A stretch of DNA of 64,000 bases from a virus, in IMG/VR virus record IMGVR_UViG_3300045988_090210; one strand, written 5' to 3'. A program made the position numbers and the translations under genes. Shown here piece by piece: positions 17,901-26,120 of this stretch. The notes below the pieces were generated by a model. It did not search any database, was not told the DNA's origin, and saw only the letters and a list, made by a program, of their open reading frames with translations. Positions within the stretch are counted from its first letter, which is position 1. Every line of letters begins with the position of its first letter.

Positions 17901-18798
17901 TGCTATGAATAATATAGGCCAAATCAAGGCTGCAAGAGTGCCCATCCCCAAGTCTATCATTGGCCCATATAACTTTAGAAAGTATGTATGTAGCAGACAG
18001 TTCAAGTTCGGCCCCCACCCCAAATTCAAGAGCAAGACCCTGTACTGGCTTGATGATATGGCACAGCGTTATTTTAACGCACGTTGTAAGAACAGCTTAG
18101 CCGAAGGCGTAGATTATTGGTTTGATAGTGATGCTGAAAATTGGGTTGTTGTCGATAAAAGCCTTGAAAAGTTACTTGCTCCGTCTATTGAAACGCTAAA
18201 AACCTATATCAATACACCTGAGTTCTTGGATAAGTTCAACAAGGCCAGAGCTAAACAAAGCATGATTGAGAGTGTAGATGGGTTGGATGTAAATAGGTGG
18301 TCTTTCCAGTCTTGTGCATTTTACAGCCAAGAGCATGAGCTTGCTAACGTTGACTTAACCAAATACAGTATTTCCCATTTTTCTGACTTACCTGAAGAAC
18401 CTCAGTTTGTTGAGCGTTCTTTTGGTAAGCGGTCTTGGAAACAATTTGAGCTGTCTGCTATCTGTGGGACGGTTATAGGACGAACGGATAGCCACCATCT
18501 TGTTACTATCTTAACGCCTGATAATGAGGTTGTTAATGTTAAAATGAATGATGGGGCTTTTGCCCATTACAAAGCCCAACTAAGCACAATCAATCCAGAC
18601 GGTACTAAAACAGTCATTGAAAAATCTTGGCTTGAGCGTGGCAATTTATTGATTTGTTGCGGATACCGTAGAGGAACAGATGAATTTGTAACGAAAAAAT
18701 ATAAAGCCAGCATTTTCCCATCCCAGCTTATGAAAATAACTAGTATTAATGGCTCAGACATTGAAATCCAAACTGAACGATATTCTGAAGGAAATTAA
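14887..18798 (+). CDS. dnaE: DNA polymerase III alpha subunit-like (DnaE-type, PHP domain)
   Basis: PHP N-terminus NNHNHTDMSN...SISEHEG. Polymerase core (PDIDNDS, RGTHAAGV). 1303 aa. TTG start overlaps the methyltransferase 3' end. Confidence 0.85.
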   Translation: MSYFNNHNHTDMSNALLGFPDVICKIPDLIQRAYDLGLKGISISEHEGISSHIKALDYYEKMEKTRPFTLALANEIYLLTEEEDNLNRQIPNTVPYYHFILTALDTEGHHQLRLLSTRAWLRGWRQGKMFRRPTYYSDLEEIIKPNQGHVIASTACLGSRIDKLLLQEYNDGRGMDTAFGEAMSLQNIFGQGNFYLEVQPAKDANSDQSHVNTLMWELHKKTGVPIIPTTDSHYLRKEDAFIHKVYLQSQEGDREVDDFYATAYLMDEAELREHLLIDFNDAQIDQMFEWSCELGERIKGYNIQHNPIIPQLPLDKIPDFTISHVFSDYYDKYPNFGWYSNRPEIHEQYFFSQIEQGLQDKIVNKGKPIEQYIARLDEEWKELKIISEQLDTSMASYYSTMSEIVELIWQAGSLAMPARGSAAGFLTCYLLEVTQIDPVPLGDYMPSWRHLNHQRGVELPDIDNDSEASKKKAIVDKMKEYFGEDKVINVGTFSKISSKTAIERACKGLDIPNDKAAYFKSLIPVNRGKVSKLKDAVYGNKDKGINPAPGLKSELSQYPHLLESALALEGLITNRGTHAAGVLVCNTPYTDYIAAMRSADGTLISCYDLWDDEVAGCIKFDMLTVEAADKIHRTMDYLLENGKIKDEGSLKETYYKWVHPDVLDYKTPDMWDILPTIYSVFQFDTPISTKALSATHPHSVMDLSAANSLLRLMPDNADETPIDRYIRYKQSKDAWLKDTTDFGLNKDEQAILWKYLADAYGMADSQEKVMRLSMDEHTAGYTLKEANKLRKSIAKKDEKLQAEAKQLFFDCCECQGTREIFADYIWNVVFAASMGYSFSQLHSYSYSIIALQELNLNYYYPRVYWNCACLSVEASSTDEENTGSTDYGEMAKAIYKMKKYGVGVHAPSINDSNIDFTPREKDSAILFGLGGIAGINIDISRQILSNRPYTSFTDFYNKNAYKGSLVTKSKFIQLIKAGCFDEFEPDRRIVMRQYFVLSTPNVTSLAMNNIGQIKAARVPIPKSIIGPYNFRKYVCSRQFKFGPHPKFKSKTLYWLDDMAQRYFNARCKNSLAEGVDYWFDSDAENWVVVDKSLEKLLAPSIETLKTYINTPEFLDKFNKARAKQSMIESVDGLDVNRWSFQSCAFYSQEHELANVDLTKYSISHFSDLPEEPQFVERSFGKRSWKQFELSAICGTVIGRTDSHHLVTILTPDNEVVNVKMNDGAFAHYKAQLSTINPDGTKTVIEKSWLERGNLLICCGYRRGTDEFVTKKYKASIFPSQLMKITSINGSDIEIQTERYSEGN

Positions 18799-18806
18799 AT
18801 AATCCC

Positions 18807-18836
18807 TTGACAAACCTCCTTGTGGCATGGTATACT
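18807..18836 (+). promoter_or_regulatory. sigma-A type promoter
   Basis: TTGACA (18807-18812), 18-nt spacer, TGgTATACT (18828-18836). Confidence 0.6.
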
Positions 18837-18860
18837 TAAACCATCAAACAAGGAGGTTTG
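18811..18860 (+). promoter_or_regulatory. 13-bp inverted repeat enclosing the -10 box and masking the SD
   Basis: CAAACCTCCTTGT (18811-18823) is the perfect complement of ACAAGGAGGTTTG (18848-18860). ATGG/CCAT pair inside. Followed by TTTTA then the ATG at 18865. Confidence 0.6.
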
Positions 18861-18864
18861 TTTT

Positions 18865-19050
18865 ATGAAAGTTGATGATGTTCTCCGCTATGGTACAATT
18901 CTTACAGATGATGAACTTTTCGACCGTTGCGATGATATGGCGGCAGAAATTCGTATTAGATTGTTTAGTTATGAAAGCGCTATCTATTATATTAAGATGA
19001 TTAACGGCGAAGTTGAAGAATTTAAGAAAGTAGGCACCGATGAGTATTAA
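18865..19050 (+). CDS. hypothetical protein
   Basis: ATG at 18865 lies 8 nt after SD AAGGAGG. The tracked start at 18820 lies inside the promoter. Confidence 0.5.
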   Translation: MKVDDVLRYGTILTDDELFDRCDDMAAEIRIRLFSYESAIYYIKMINGEVEEFKKVGTDEY

Positions 19051-21253
19051 AATCAAACTAAAGCCAATCAAGCGAATTTTCTTTAATCCGTCTAATGGCT
19101 ATAAAGTCCTAAGTTGTGAACCTATTGGTAGTTACCCTAACCTAATGCTCAACTCGTACAATAACTTTACTTTGGCCGGGACTAACCTTGGCATGGTTGA
19201 TGTGGGCGATGAATATGAACTTGAAATCAGAGAAAACCAAAAGGCCAAATACCCAGCAAGCTATGTTTTGGTTGGGTTTGCTGATATTGATGTTAGTGCC
19301 GGGGGCATTAAAATCACGCCTGAGCAAGAGCTAAAAATCTTGCGCCACATCTGTGACGGTAACCAACCCCAGTATGTCCATGAAGCATATCCTGATTTTA
19401 TTCAGATGGTGCTTGATGGGCGAGAAGAAGAAATCGACCATAAGAAGATTTACAATGTTGGCCCTGTGCGGTTTGAAGAATATGTGAATAAAATCAAGGG
19501 TTATTTCGCCACTATCCGATTCTTACCTATTGCTTCTGATTGGGGTATTGAAAATGATAATGATGTCAAGAAGTTGATTGATGTTTTCGCTACACCAGCA
19601 GAACTAAACCAAGCCCTTGAAAGTAGCCCCTATCATATTTTCTTTGATTTGCTTAATTATTCCTTTGACAAGTCTGATAGATATGTCTTAGACAAACGGC
19701 CTGATTTGATTGATTCTAAGGAGCGTTGTGAGTTTGCTTGTTTAGCTATTCTGCAAGAGAACGAAGATGAGGGCGACACAAGAATCTATACAGATTTGCT
19801 TGAGGAATTGGCCGAAGAAAAAGTACCTGAGTGTGTTAAATATGTAAGAGATGCTGTGCGTAATAGTGAAAGAATCTATTATGATGCAGAACAAGAGTAT
19901 TCCAGTAATAAAGCCACTTACGAGGCCGAAGTCAACATTGCTGAGAATATCCTTGATCGCCTCGCCTTAGAGAAAAAGCAAGACTGCAACTTAGGTATGA
20001 ATGTTGATGACTTCACAAGCGTTGATGGGTTTGAGTGTACAAATGAACAGAAGCAAATCCTTACCTTAGCCAATGAACACATGGTTGCTATGTTGAGGGG
20101 TTATGGCGGTTCTGGTAAGAGTACGGTAATGAAGGCACTGGTGTTGATGCTTGAGGCCAACCATAAAGATTATACCCAACTCGCTCCAACGGGTAAAGCA
20201 GCCAAACGCCTAAGAGAAACAACAGGCCGACCCGCAAGCACCATTCACATGGTATTGGCTCAAGATGGTCATATCGACTCTGATTTTGTCATTGTTGATG
20301 AGTGTAGTATGGTTGGTGTTGATTTGTTGTCTAAGCTGTTTGATATATGCGAGTCTAATACACGATTTATCTTTGTGTGTGATGAAGCACAGTTGGCCTC
20401 TATCTCTTGTGGTAATGTTGTACAAGACATCATTGACTCAGGTGTTGTGCCTACGGCCACACTAACCAAGATTTTCCGGTATGGTTCATCCGGTCTTGCA
20501 ACTGTGGCCACTGATACTCGTGAAGGCAAGGTTGGCCCAAGACAAAACAGCAATTATCCTGATTACCAGTTTATCTCTATTGGTGACAGCCCTATGGTGC
20601 AAATCCTTGATGCCTATAATTCTCTGCTTGACAAATACACTAAAGATGATATAATGATACTGTCCCCATTCAACAAAGGCTTGGTTGGTACAGTGGCAAT
20701 TAATAAAGCCATTCAGTCTAGATACAACCCAAACCCTGATACTAACGCTAAACGCAAGACAAGTGGTGGTGAGGAAATCATGTTCAAGGTGGGCGATAAG
20801 GTAATTAATACCCATAACGAATACCACTGCCCTTGCTTTAGAATTGATGAAGATGGGTCTTTGGTGGAGAGTATGAGCGACATCATGGTTATGAATGGTG
20901 ATATGGGCTATATTCGGTATATTAAAGAGACCGATACAGGCATTGTTATGGCTGTTGAGTTCGATACTGGTATGGCAAGGATTTATGGGCCTTATATGAA
21001 CAACTTACTGCTTGGGTATGCTATTAGTATTCATAAGAGTCAAGGTAGTGAGGCTAAGGCCGTGATTGTGATTACAAGCCCTATGCACAAGCGTATGTTA
21101 AGCAGCAATTTGTTGTATGTAGCCGATAGCCGTGCAAAAGAGCAGTTGGTTGAGATTGGCGATGTTGAGACAATCAAGGAAGGGCTTAAACGGCATGAAC
21201 AAAAAGAAAGAGAGACTTGGCTCTGTGAGCTATTAAAGGAGGAAAATAAATGA
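19040..21253 (+). CDS. RecD-like SF1 DNA helicase
   Basis: Walker A GYGGSGKST, Walker B VIVDECSMV, motif VI SIHKSQGSEAKAV. Confidence 0.85.
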   Translation: MSIKIKLKPIKRIFFNPSNGYKVLSCEPIGSYPNLMLNSYNNFTLAGTNLGMVDVGDEYELEIRENQKAKYPASYVLVGFADIDVSAGGIKITPEQELKILRHICDGNQPQYVHEAYPDFIQMVLDGREEEIDHKKIYNVGPVRFEEYVNKIKGYFATIRFLPIASDWGIENDNDVKKLIDVFATPAELNQALESSPYHIFFDLLNYSFDKSDRYVLDKRPDLIDSKERCEFACLAILQENEDEGDTRIYTDLLEELAEEKVPECVKYVRDAVRNSERIYYDAEQEYSSNKATYEAEVNIAENILDRLALEKKQDCNLGMNVDDFTSVDGFECTNEQKQILTLANEHMVAMLRGYGGSGKSTVMKALVLMLEANHKDYTQLAPTGKAAKRLRETTGRPASTIHMVLAQDGHIDSDFVIVDECSMVGVDLLSKLFDICESNTRFIFVCDEAQLASISCGNVVQDIIDSGVVPTATLTKIFRYGSSGLATVATDTREGKVGPRQNSNYPDYQFISIGDSPMVQILDAYNSLLDKYTKDDIMILSPFNKGLVGTVAINKAIQSRYNPNPDTNAKRKTSGGEEIMFKVGDKVINTHNEYHCPCFRIDEDGSLVESMSDIMVMNGDMGYIRYIKETDTGIVMAVEFDTGMARIYGPYMNNLLLGYAISIHKSQGSEAKAVIVITSPMHKRMLSSNLLYVADSRAKEQLVEIGDVETIKEGLKRHEQKERETWLCELLKEENK

Positions 21254-21510
21254 AAACGTATATGATTCGAGAGACTGTACAGCATTTCCACTCCATCGAG
21301 GTCGATGATGAAGTAGACATTTGTAATGTTATCGGAAAGGCAAAAACCCTACTACATCAGGCCACTGGGTTTGAGGCCATTGAAGAAGTGCTTAATGACT
21401 ACCAAAACAAATATGGCTTTGATTATACAGTTAAGCCCAACTATTGTGGCACTTGTTCAGAGGGACTTGAGATTGTCGGATGTAATGATGATAGCCCTGA
21501 ACTTGATTAA
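21250..21510 (+). CDS. hypothetical protein
   Basis: ATGA overlap with the helicase stop. No motif. Confidence 0.5.
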   Translation: MKTYMIRETVQHFHSIEVDDEVDICNVIGKAKTLLHQATGFEAIEEVLNDYQNKYGFDYTVKPNYCGTCSEGLEIVGCNDDSPELD

Positions 21511-21540
21511 AGTTCATAGAATGTTTACATTTATTTAATA

Positions 21541-21566
21541 TTGATGTAACATTTTTATGATATAAT
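21541..21566 (+). promoter_or_regulatory. possible extended -10 promoter upstream of the nrd cluster
   Basis: TGaTATAAT at 21558-21566. No good -35 at 17 nt. Confidence 0.35.
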
Positions 21567-21597
21567 TATCGTCTTAACTCAAAGAAAGGAGGATAAT

Positions 21598-21801
21598 ATG
21601 GTCACATTTTACTCAACTCATTGCCCCAAGTGTAACATTCTTGAAAAGAAACTTAAAGCAAGCAACATCGACTATACAGAAAATAATGACGTTAATATTA
21701 TGTTATCTAAGGGATTACGAACAGCGCCAGCACTTGAGGTTGATGGGGAAATTTATACATTTACTCAAGCAATTGAATGGTTAAAAAATCAGGAGGGGTA
21801 A
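21598..21801 (+). CDS. nrdH: glutaredoxin-like protein NrdH
   Basis: 67 aa. N-terminal beta-strand followed by CPKC redox motif (VTFYSTHCPKCNILEKKL). Immediately upstream of nrdD. Confidence 0.7.
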   Translation: MVTFYSTHCPKCNILEKKLKASNIDYTENNDVNIMLSKGLRTAPALEVDGEIYTFTQAIEWLKNQEG

Positions 21802-21804
21802 AGT

Positions 21805-22326
21805 TTGGATATTACACTTAAACTAAGTAAAGACTTTGAACGTTGTCTTGAGGATTTAAAGAAAAAGTACGGAGAAGATTTTGAATACATCAACGGCCTA
21901 CACCCAAATCAGCTTGATTTCTCCGAGTTTCTTGATAAGTTCGTTGCCGAAGATACCATGGCTGACGCAACTATTGACCCCAATGCCAACGCTCGCCACA
22001 AGGACATTCGTTCCTTTATGACTGAAAAAGGCAAGTCTGAAGATAAGTTGTTTGGTCTAAATAAAATTTTTACCGAAATCAAAAAACAATGGGGTCTAAG
22101 AACAGCAAAACAATGGCTTGAACAGGAGTTTAGTAAGGGCTTTTATCTAAACGATAGTGCAACAGCCAGTTATTTCCCATATTGTTGGGCAAATGATTTT
22201 ACTCGCCTCGCCACTGAAGGTTTGTTCTTTATCAATGAATACAATAACCAACCCCCTAAGCACCTTACTACTTATCTTGATGATGTTATTGAATTTGTGT
22301 CGTTTCTATCTAATCGGCAGTCGGGT
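21805..22326 (+). CDS. nrdD: anaerobic ribonucleoside-triphosphate reductase NrdD, exon 1
   Basis: TTG start after AGGAGGGG. The reading frame continues into exon 2 when 22326 is joined to 23461 (...SNRQSG|AVGMPN...). Confidence 0.85.
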
Positions 22327-23460
22327 GAACATTACTGCGCCCATTTGCTTCTTTTCTGCTAATCAGCGGGGTTACAATTATGTAGCTAACGGTGAAGGCT
22401 AAGTCTTAATGATATGCTAATACCGTGGGAATGTTTTATAAGGTAGTTTAATGAAAAAAGACATTTATGTAATAAAAAACAGAGTAAATAACATGGTTTA
22501 TGTGGGGCAAGCAATAAATTCTGCCGAAAGATTTATCGCTCATTGTAAGCCAAGTTCTGCAAAACAAGACAAATCCATTATTGATAAAGCCATTCAAAAA
22601 TACGGTGCCAATAATTTTTGGTTTGAAGTAATCGAACATCAGATTGAAGATTATAACGAACGAGAAAAATATTGGATAAAAAAACTGAATTCTTTAACAC
22701 CAAATGGATATAACATACAGGCAGGAGGCGAAAATCCGCCTGTATATCATGGGGTTGACCATTCGCTGTCCACATTTGATAACATAGAGACGGTTAATCT
22801 TATCAAGGACGATTTGAGGAATACTTGTTTGAGTTTGTCTGAAATAGCTAACAAGTATAATTCAAGTAAGAGAACAATAATGAGGATAAATCAAGGGTTA
22901 CATTATGAATCTATTGATGATGTTTACCCTATTAGAAAAGAACCCTTGCAAAATGGCAAGCTATCAAATGGACAAATAGAAGAAATCATAGAGATTCTAA
23001 AATACACATACAGGCAATATAATGATATTGCTCGTCAGTATGAGGTATCTCCGTCAACTATAAAACAGATAAATTCTGGTGTTGTCCATTTTGACTCCAA
23101 AGAATCTTATCCCATTAGAAAATACAAAAATAGTGGCAAACCAAACTGTACTTATGCCCAAGTTACAGAAATTATCGATTTGCTAACTACTACAGATATG
23201 TCTTGCAACCAAATTCATAAATGTTATAATGTCGATTTACAGACCATATATATGATAAAAAATGGTACTGCAAAAAGATATAAACGAGAAGGATATAAAT
23301 ATCCTCTCAGAAAAAACAACCCTATAAAATAAGCCTGTATCGACTATCCCAGTGAATGGGAGTACATTTGCTATTGATACGCAAATGGAAAGAGAAGCAC
23401 TACAAATTTAATTTTGTAGCAAAATATAGTCAGTCCTTATAGAAATATAAGATGTCTACG
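22327..23460 (+). mobile_element. group I intron in nrdD
   Basis: Exon GGGU| pairs with GCCC (22339-22342), giving a U.G wobble. TACTGC (22333-22338) is complementary to exon-2 GCAGTA. Terminal G at 23460. CGACTATC (23341-48) and ATATAGTC (23424-31) are P7-like strands. Confidence 0.8.
22451..23332 (+). CDS. GIY-YIG homing endonuclease (I-TevI-like), intron-encoded
   Basis: DIYVI...VYVGQ...R...EREKYWIKKLN...PNGYN. Three C-terminal HTH-like repeats end in YP(I/L)RK. Confidence 0.85.
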   Translation: MKKDIYVIKNRVNNMVYVGQAINSAERFIAHCKPSSAKQDKSIIDKAIQKYGANNFWFEVIEHQIEDYNEREKYWIKKLNSLTPNGYNIQAGGENPPVYHGVDHSLSTFDNIETVNLIKDDLRNTCLSLSEIANKYNSSKRTIMRINQGLHYESIDDVYPIRKEPLQNGKLSNGQIEEIIEILKYTYRQYNDIARQYEVSPSTIKQINSGVVHFDSKESYPIRKYKNSGKPNCTYAQVTEIIDLLTTTDMSCNQIHKCYNVDLQTIYMIKNGTAKRYKREGYKYPLRKNNPIK

Positions 23461-24861
23461 GCAGTAGGTATGCCCAATGTTCTAATTTGGGCTTATTATT
23501 TCTGGAAGCACGATATTGAGAATGGGTACTATTTGAAAGACCCTGACACTTATCTACGTCAGTGTTTCCAAAAACTAATTTATCGTCTAAACCAGCCCTT
23601 CCTACGCATTGACCAAGCTAGCTTTACAAACGTAAGCATTTTTGACCGGCCTTATCTTGAAAGCCTGTTTGGCGGCATGGAGTTTCCTGATGGCACTTTC
23701 GCCATTGACCAGATTGAGGAAATGCTTGAATGTCAAAAGGTGTTTATGGAGGTTGTGAGTGACATTCGTGAAGAACAGATGTTCACTTATCCTGTGTTAA
23801 CCTATTCTCTACTATATAAAGACGGTAAGTTCGTAGATGAGGACTTTGCTCGGTGGTGTAGCAATCACAATATTAAGTGGTCTGATAGTAATTTCTTCGT
23901 AAGTGACAATGTGGGCGTTTTGTCCAACTGTTGTCGTTTGCTCAGTGATACTAATAAGCTGGATGCTTTTATCAACTCTATTGGTGGCACAGCCCTATCT
24001 GTCGGTTCTTGCCGTGTAAGCACTATCAATCTTGTTCGTATTGCTTATGAGAGCAAGATGAATAAGAAGAAGTATTTAGACATTCTGCGAGACAGGGTGT
24101 TGCTGGACTGCAAGGCACTAACCTCTATGCGTCATATCCTAAAGCGCAACATCGAAAAGGGCCTACTACCCAACTATCAAGATGGTGCTGTTGAGCTTGA
24201 CAAGCAATTCTGTACCATTGGTGGTATTGGTATGTATGAGGTTATGGATTTGTTTAGCCTTATCAATACAGATGAGTTTGGTAACAAGTCTTATAGTGAT
24301 GAAGCTGTTGAGTTCGCCACTCAAATCCTTGACACCATGAACGATGTTAAAGACCATTTTGAGTGCGATTTTACCTTTAACATTGAGATGATTCCCGCTG
24401 AGAATTGTGCTGGTGTTATTTGCACTGCTGACAATCTACTATACGAGCAAAACAAGTATTTCATCTACTCTAACCAGTGGATCCCCCTTATGGAAAAGTG
24501 TACTATTCAAGAAAAGTGCCGTTTAGGTCATCTGTTTGATGCTAAATGTGGCGGTGGTTGTATTGCTCATATTGATATTGAGAACCGGTTCCCCAACGAA
24601 GAAGCCGCTTGGGATATGCTGAATTATGTGGCCAAACAGGGCGTAATTTACTTTGCTTTTACCACTAAGATTAACGTTTGTGAGGATAAACACGCTTTTA
24701 TTGGTACTAAAGAGTGCCCCCAGTGTGGCAAGCCTGTGGCCGACCAATATGCTCGTGTGGTAGGGTTCTATACCCCTGTTTCTGGTTATCAGCGCATCCG
24801 CAAGAGCGAGTTCAACCAGCGCAAATGGTATGATGTTCTAAACAAGGATGGGATTATGTAA
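23461..24861 (+). CDS. nrdD: anaerobic ribonucleoside-triphosphate reductase NrdD, exon 2
   Basis: C-terminal Zn site (CEDKH...CPQCG) and glycyl-radical motif ARVVGFYTPV. Typical class III core. Confidence 0.85.
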   Translation, partial: AVGMPNVLIWAYYFWKHDIENGYYLKDPDTYLRQCFQKLIYRLNQPFLRIDQASFTNVSIFDRPYLESLFGGMEFPDGTFAIDQIEEMLECQKVFMEVVSDIREEQMFTYPVLTYSLLYKDGKFVDEDFARWCSNHNIKWSDSNFFVSDNVGVLSNCCRLLSDTNKLDAFINSIGGTALSVGSCRVSTINLVRIAYESKMNKKKYLDILRDRVLLDCKALTSMRHILKRNIEKGLLPNYQDGAVELDKQFCTIGGIGMYEVMDLFSLINTDEFGNKSYSDEAVEFATQILDTMNDVKDHFECDFTFNIEMIPAENCAGVICTADNLLYEQNKYFIYSNQWIPLMEKCTIQEKCRLGHLFDAKCGGGCIAHIDIENRFPNEEAAWDMLNYVAKQGVIYFAFTTKINVCEDKHAFIGTKECPQCGKPVADQYARVVGFYTPVSGYQRIRKSEFNQRKWYDVLNKDGIM

Positions 24862-25355
24862 TGGCAGATACCATAGCACTAAGAGATGTGGTAGTTGAAG
24901 ATTTTTGTAATTATAAACTCCCCTCAATGTTCCTTATCTCATCTTACTGCGATTGGAAATGTTGCCATGAGGCCAATATTGATGAGTCCGTGTGTCAAAA
25001 TCACGGACTTGTCTCTGGCCCCATTAAACAAATTTCCTATGGAAGCCTGTATCAAGCATATATTAACAACGATATAACCAAAGCAATCGTTATTGGTGGT
25101 CTTGAACCCATACTTCAAATTAACGAAGTAGTTGGTCTTATACATTATTTTAGAAAAAAATCATGCCAAGACACGTTTGTAATCTATACTGGGTATTATC
25201 CCTCTGAGATACCTAAACCCCTTTCTGAGCTTAAAAAACTACACAATATTACTATCAAATATGGGCGTTATGACCCCAACCTCAAGGCCAGATATGATGA
25301 TGTGCTTGGAGTTATGTTGGTAAGTGAAAATCAATATGGGGAGGTTTTAAGTTGA
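24861..25355 (+). CDS. nrdG: NrdG-like radical-SAM activase (non-canonical Cys motif)
   Basis: Overlaps the nrdD stop by 1 nt. GGLEP matches the GGEP SAM motif. The cluster region is YCDWKCCHE (CX3CC), not CX3CX2C. Confidence 0.55.
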   Translation: MADTIALRDVVVEDFCNYKLPSMFLISSYCDWKCCHEANIDESVCQNHGLVSGPIKQISYGSLYQAYINNDITKAIVIGGLEPILQINEVVGLIHYFRKKSCQDTFVIYTGYYPSEIPKPLSELKKLHNITIKYGRYDPNLKARYDDVLGVMLVSENQYGEVLS

Positions 25356-25543
25356 CTAAAATTAAACTAACTGATGACATTGAACTCCGGCAAGAAATTA
25401 TCAAAAAGTTAAAAGAAAACCATGGTTTTTGCCCATGTGCCCTGACTAAAACACAGGACACTGTATGTATGTGCAAAGACTTCCGTGAAAATGTCCAATC
25501 TGGCCCGTGTCACTGTGGGCTATATGTAAAGGAGACAACATAA
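25352..25543 (+). CDS. ferredoxin:thioredoxin reductase catalytic-subunit-like protein
   Basis: 63 aa with CPC-x10-CMC-x10-CHCGLY spacing, as in FTR catalytic subunits (CPC...CPC...CHC). TTG start after GGGGAGG. Confidence 0.65.
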   Translation: MTKIKLTDDIELRQEIIKKLKENHGFCPCALTKTQDTVCMCKDFRENVQSGPCHCGLYVKETT

Positions 25544-25758
25544 TGATTAGTGAGATTACAGATATTGGCGTTTATCTTGGCCAATTCGGCAATGAGACCC
25601 GACTATGTGAACTACCCCCTGAGTCCGACATTATCCCTCAAAAGGGCGACTTTATCTTTTATGATAGTGAGCCTTACAAGGTAATGTATTGTATGGTTGA
25701 TGTAGACAATGGCGAATATTCTATCTTTGTTCGCAGAGCGATTGAGGAGGATTTTTGA
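25543..25758 (+). CDS. hypothetical protein ending in acidic tail ...AIEEDF
   Basis: The ATG at 25543 follows SD AAGGAG. The tracked upstream start lies inside the FTR-like gene. Confidence 0.45.
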   Translation: MISEITDIGVYLGQFGNETRLCELPPESDIIPQKGDFIFYDSEPYKVMYCMVDVDNGEYSIFVRRAIEEDF

Positions 25759-25955
25759 TGGTTGAACTTAGAAAATGGCCAACAGACACAGATTGGGCTT
25801 GGTGTAAAGAATGTTGCCTTAATACAGTAGGCAAGACCTCTACAACCCTACCAACAGAAGAATGGAAACGTAAGCTAATTGCAGCTGAACACAGCCCCCT
25901 AAGAGAGCTATGGTTTGGTATCAAAATGACCATTCCTTATTGGGTTTCCGTGCAT
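25755..25955 (+). CDS. thyX: ThyX-like (flavin-dependent thymidylate synthase family) protein, exon 1
   Basis: AAEHSPLRELWFGIKMTIPYWVSVH aligns by eye with ThyX [26 protein letters not shown]. Frame is restored by joining 25955 to 26977. Confidence 0.65.
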
Positions 25956-26091
25956 TAACATAAAAGTGCCCTTACACAGTAATGTGTATTGAAAACTCCG
26001 TTAACTTGTAATTGCAAGGTGTGAAGTTGACTTTATAAGGTCGGTAAGGAAATGTACCGTTTGCAACTTTGCTAACAGGGGAAATCTAAGG

Positions 26092-26120
26092 TTGACACTA
26101 TGACAATCCTGTGCTATAAT
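26092..26120 (+). promoter_or_regulatory. sigma-A type promoter inside the thyX intron
   Basis: TTGACA (26092-97), 17-nt spacer, TGcTATAAT (26112-20). About 27 nt upstream of the intron ORF. Confidence 0.6.

Noticed and set aside
22157-22402. ORF 22157-22402 and the tail ...EHYCAHLLLFC of ORF 21805-22362
   Set aside because: They are read-through of the nrdD exon 1 frame, or an alternative frame, into the intron. The conserved NrdD sequence resumes only after splicing to 23461.
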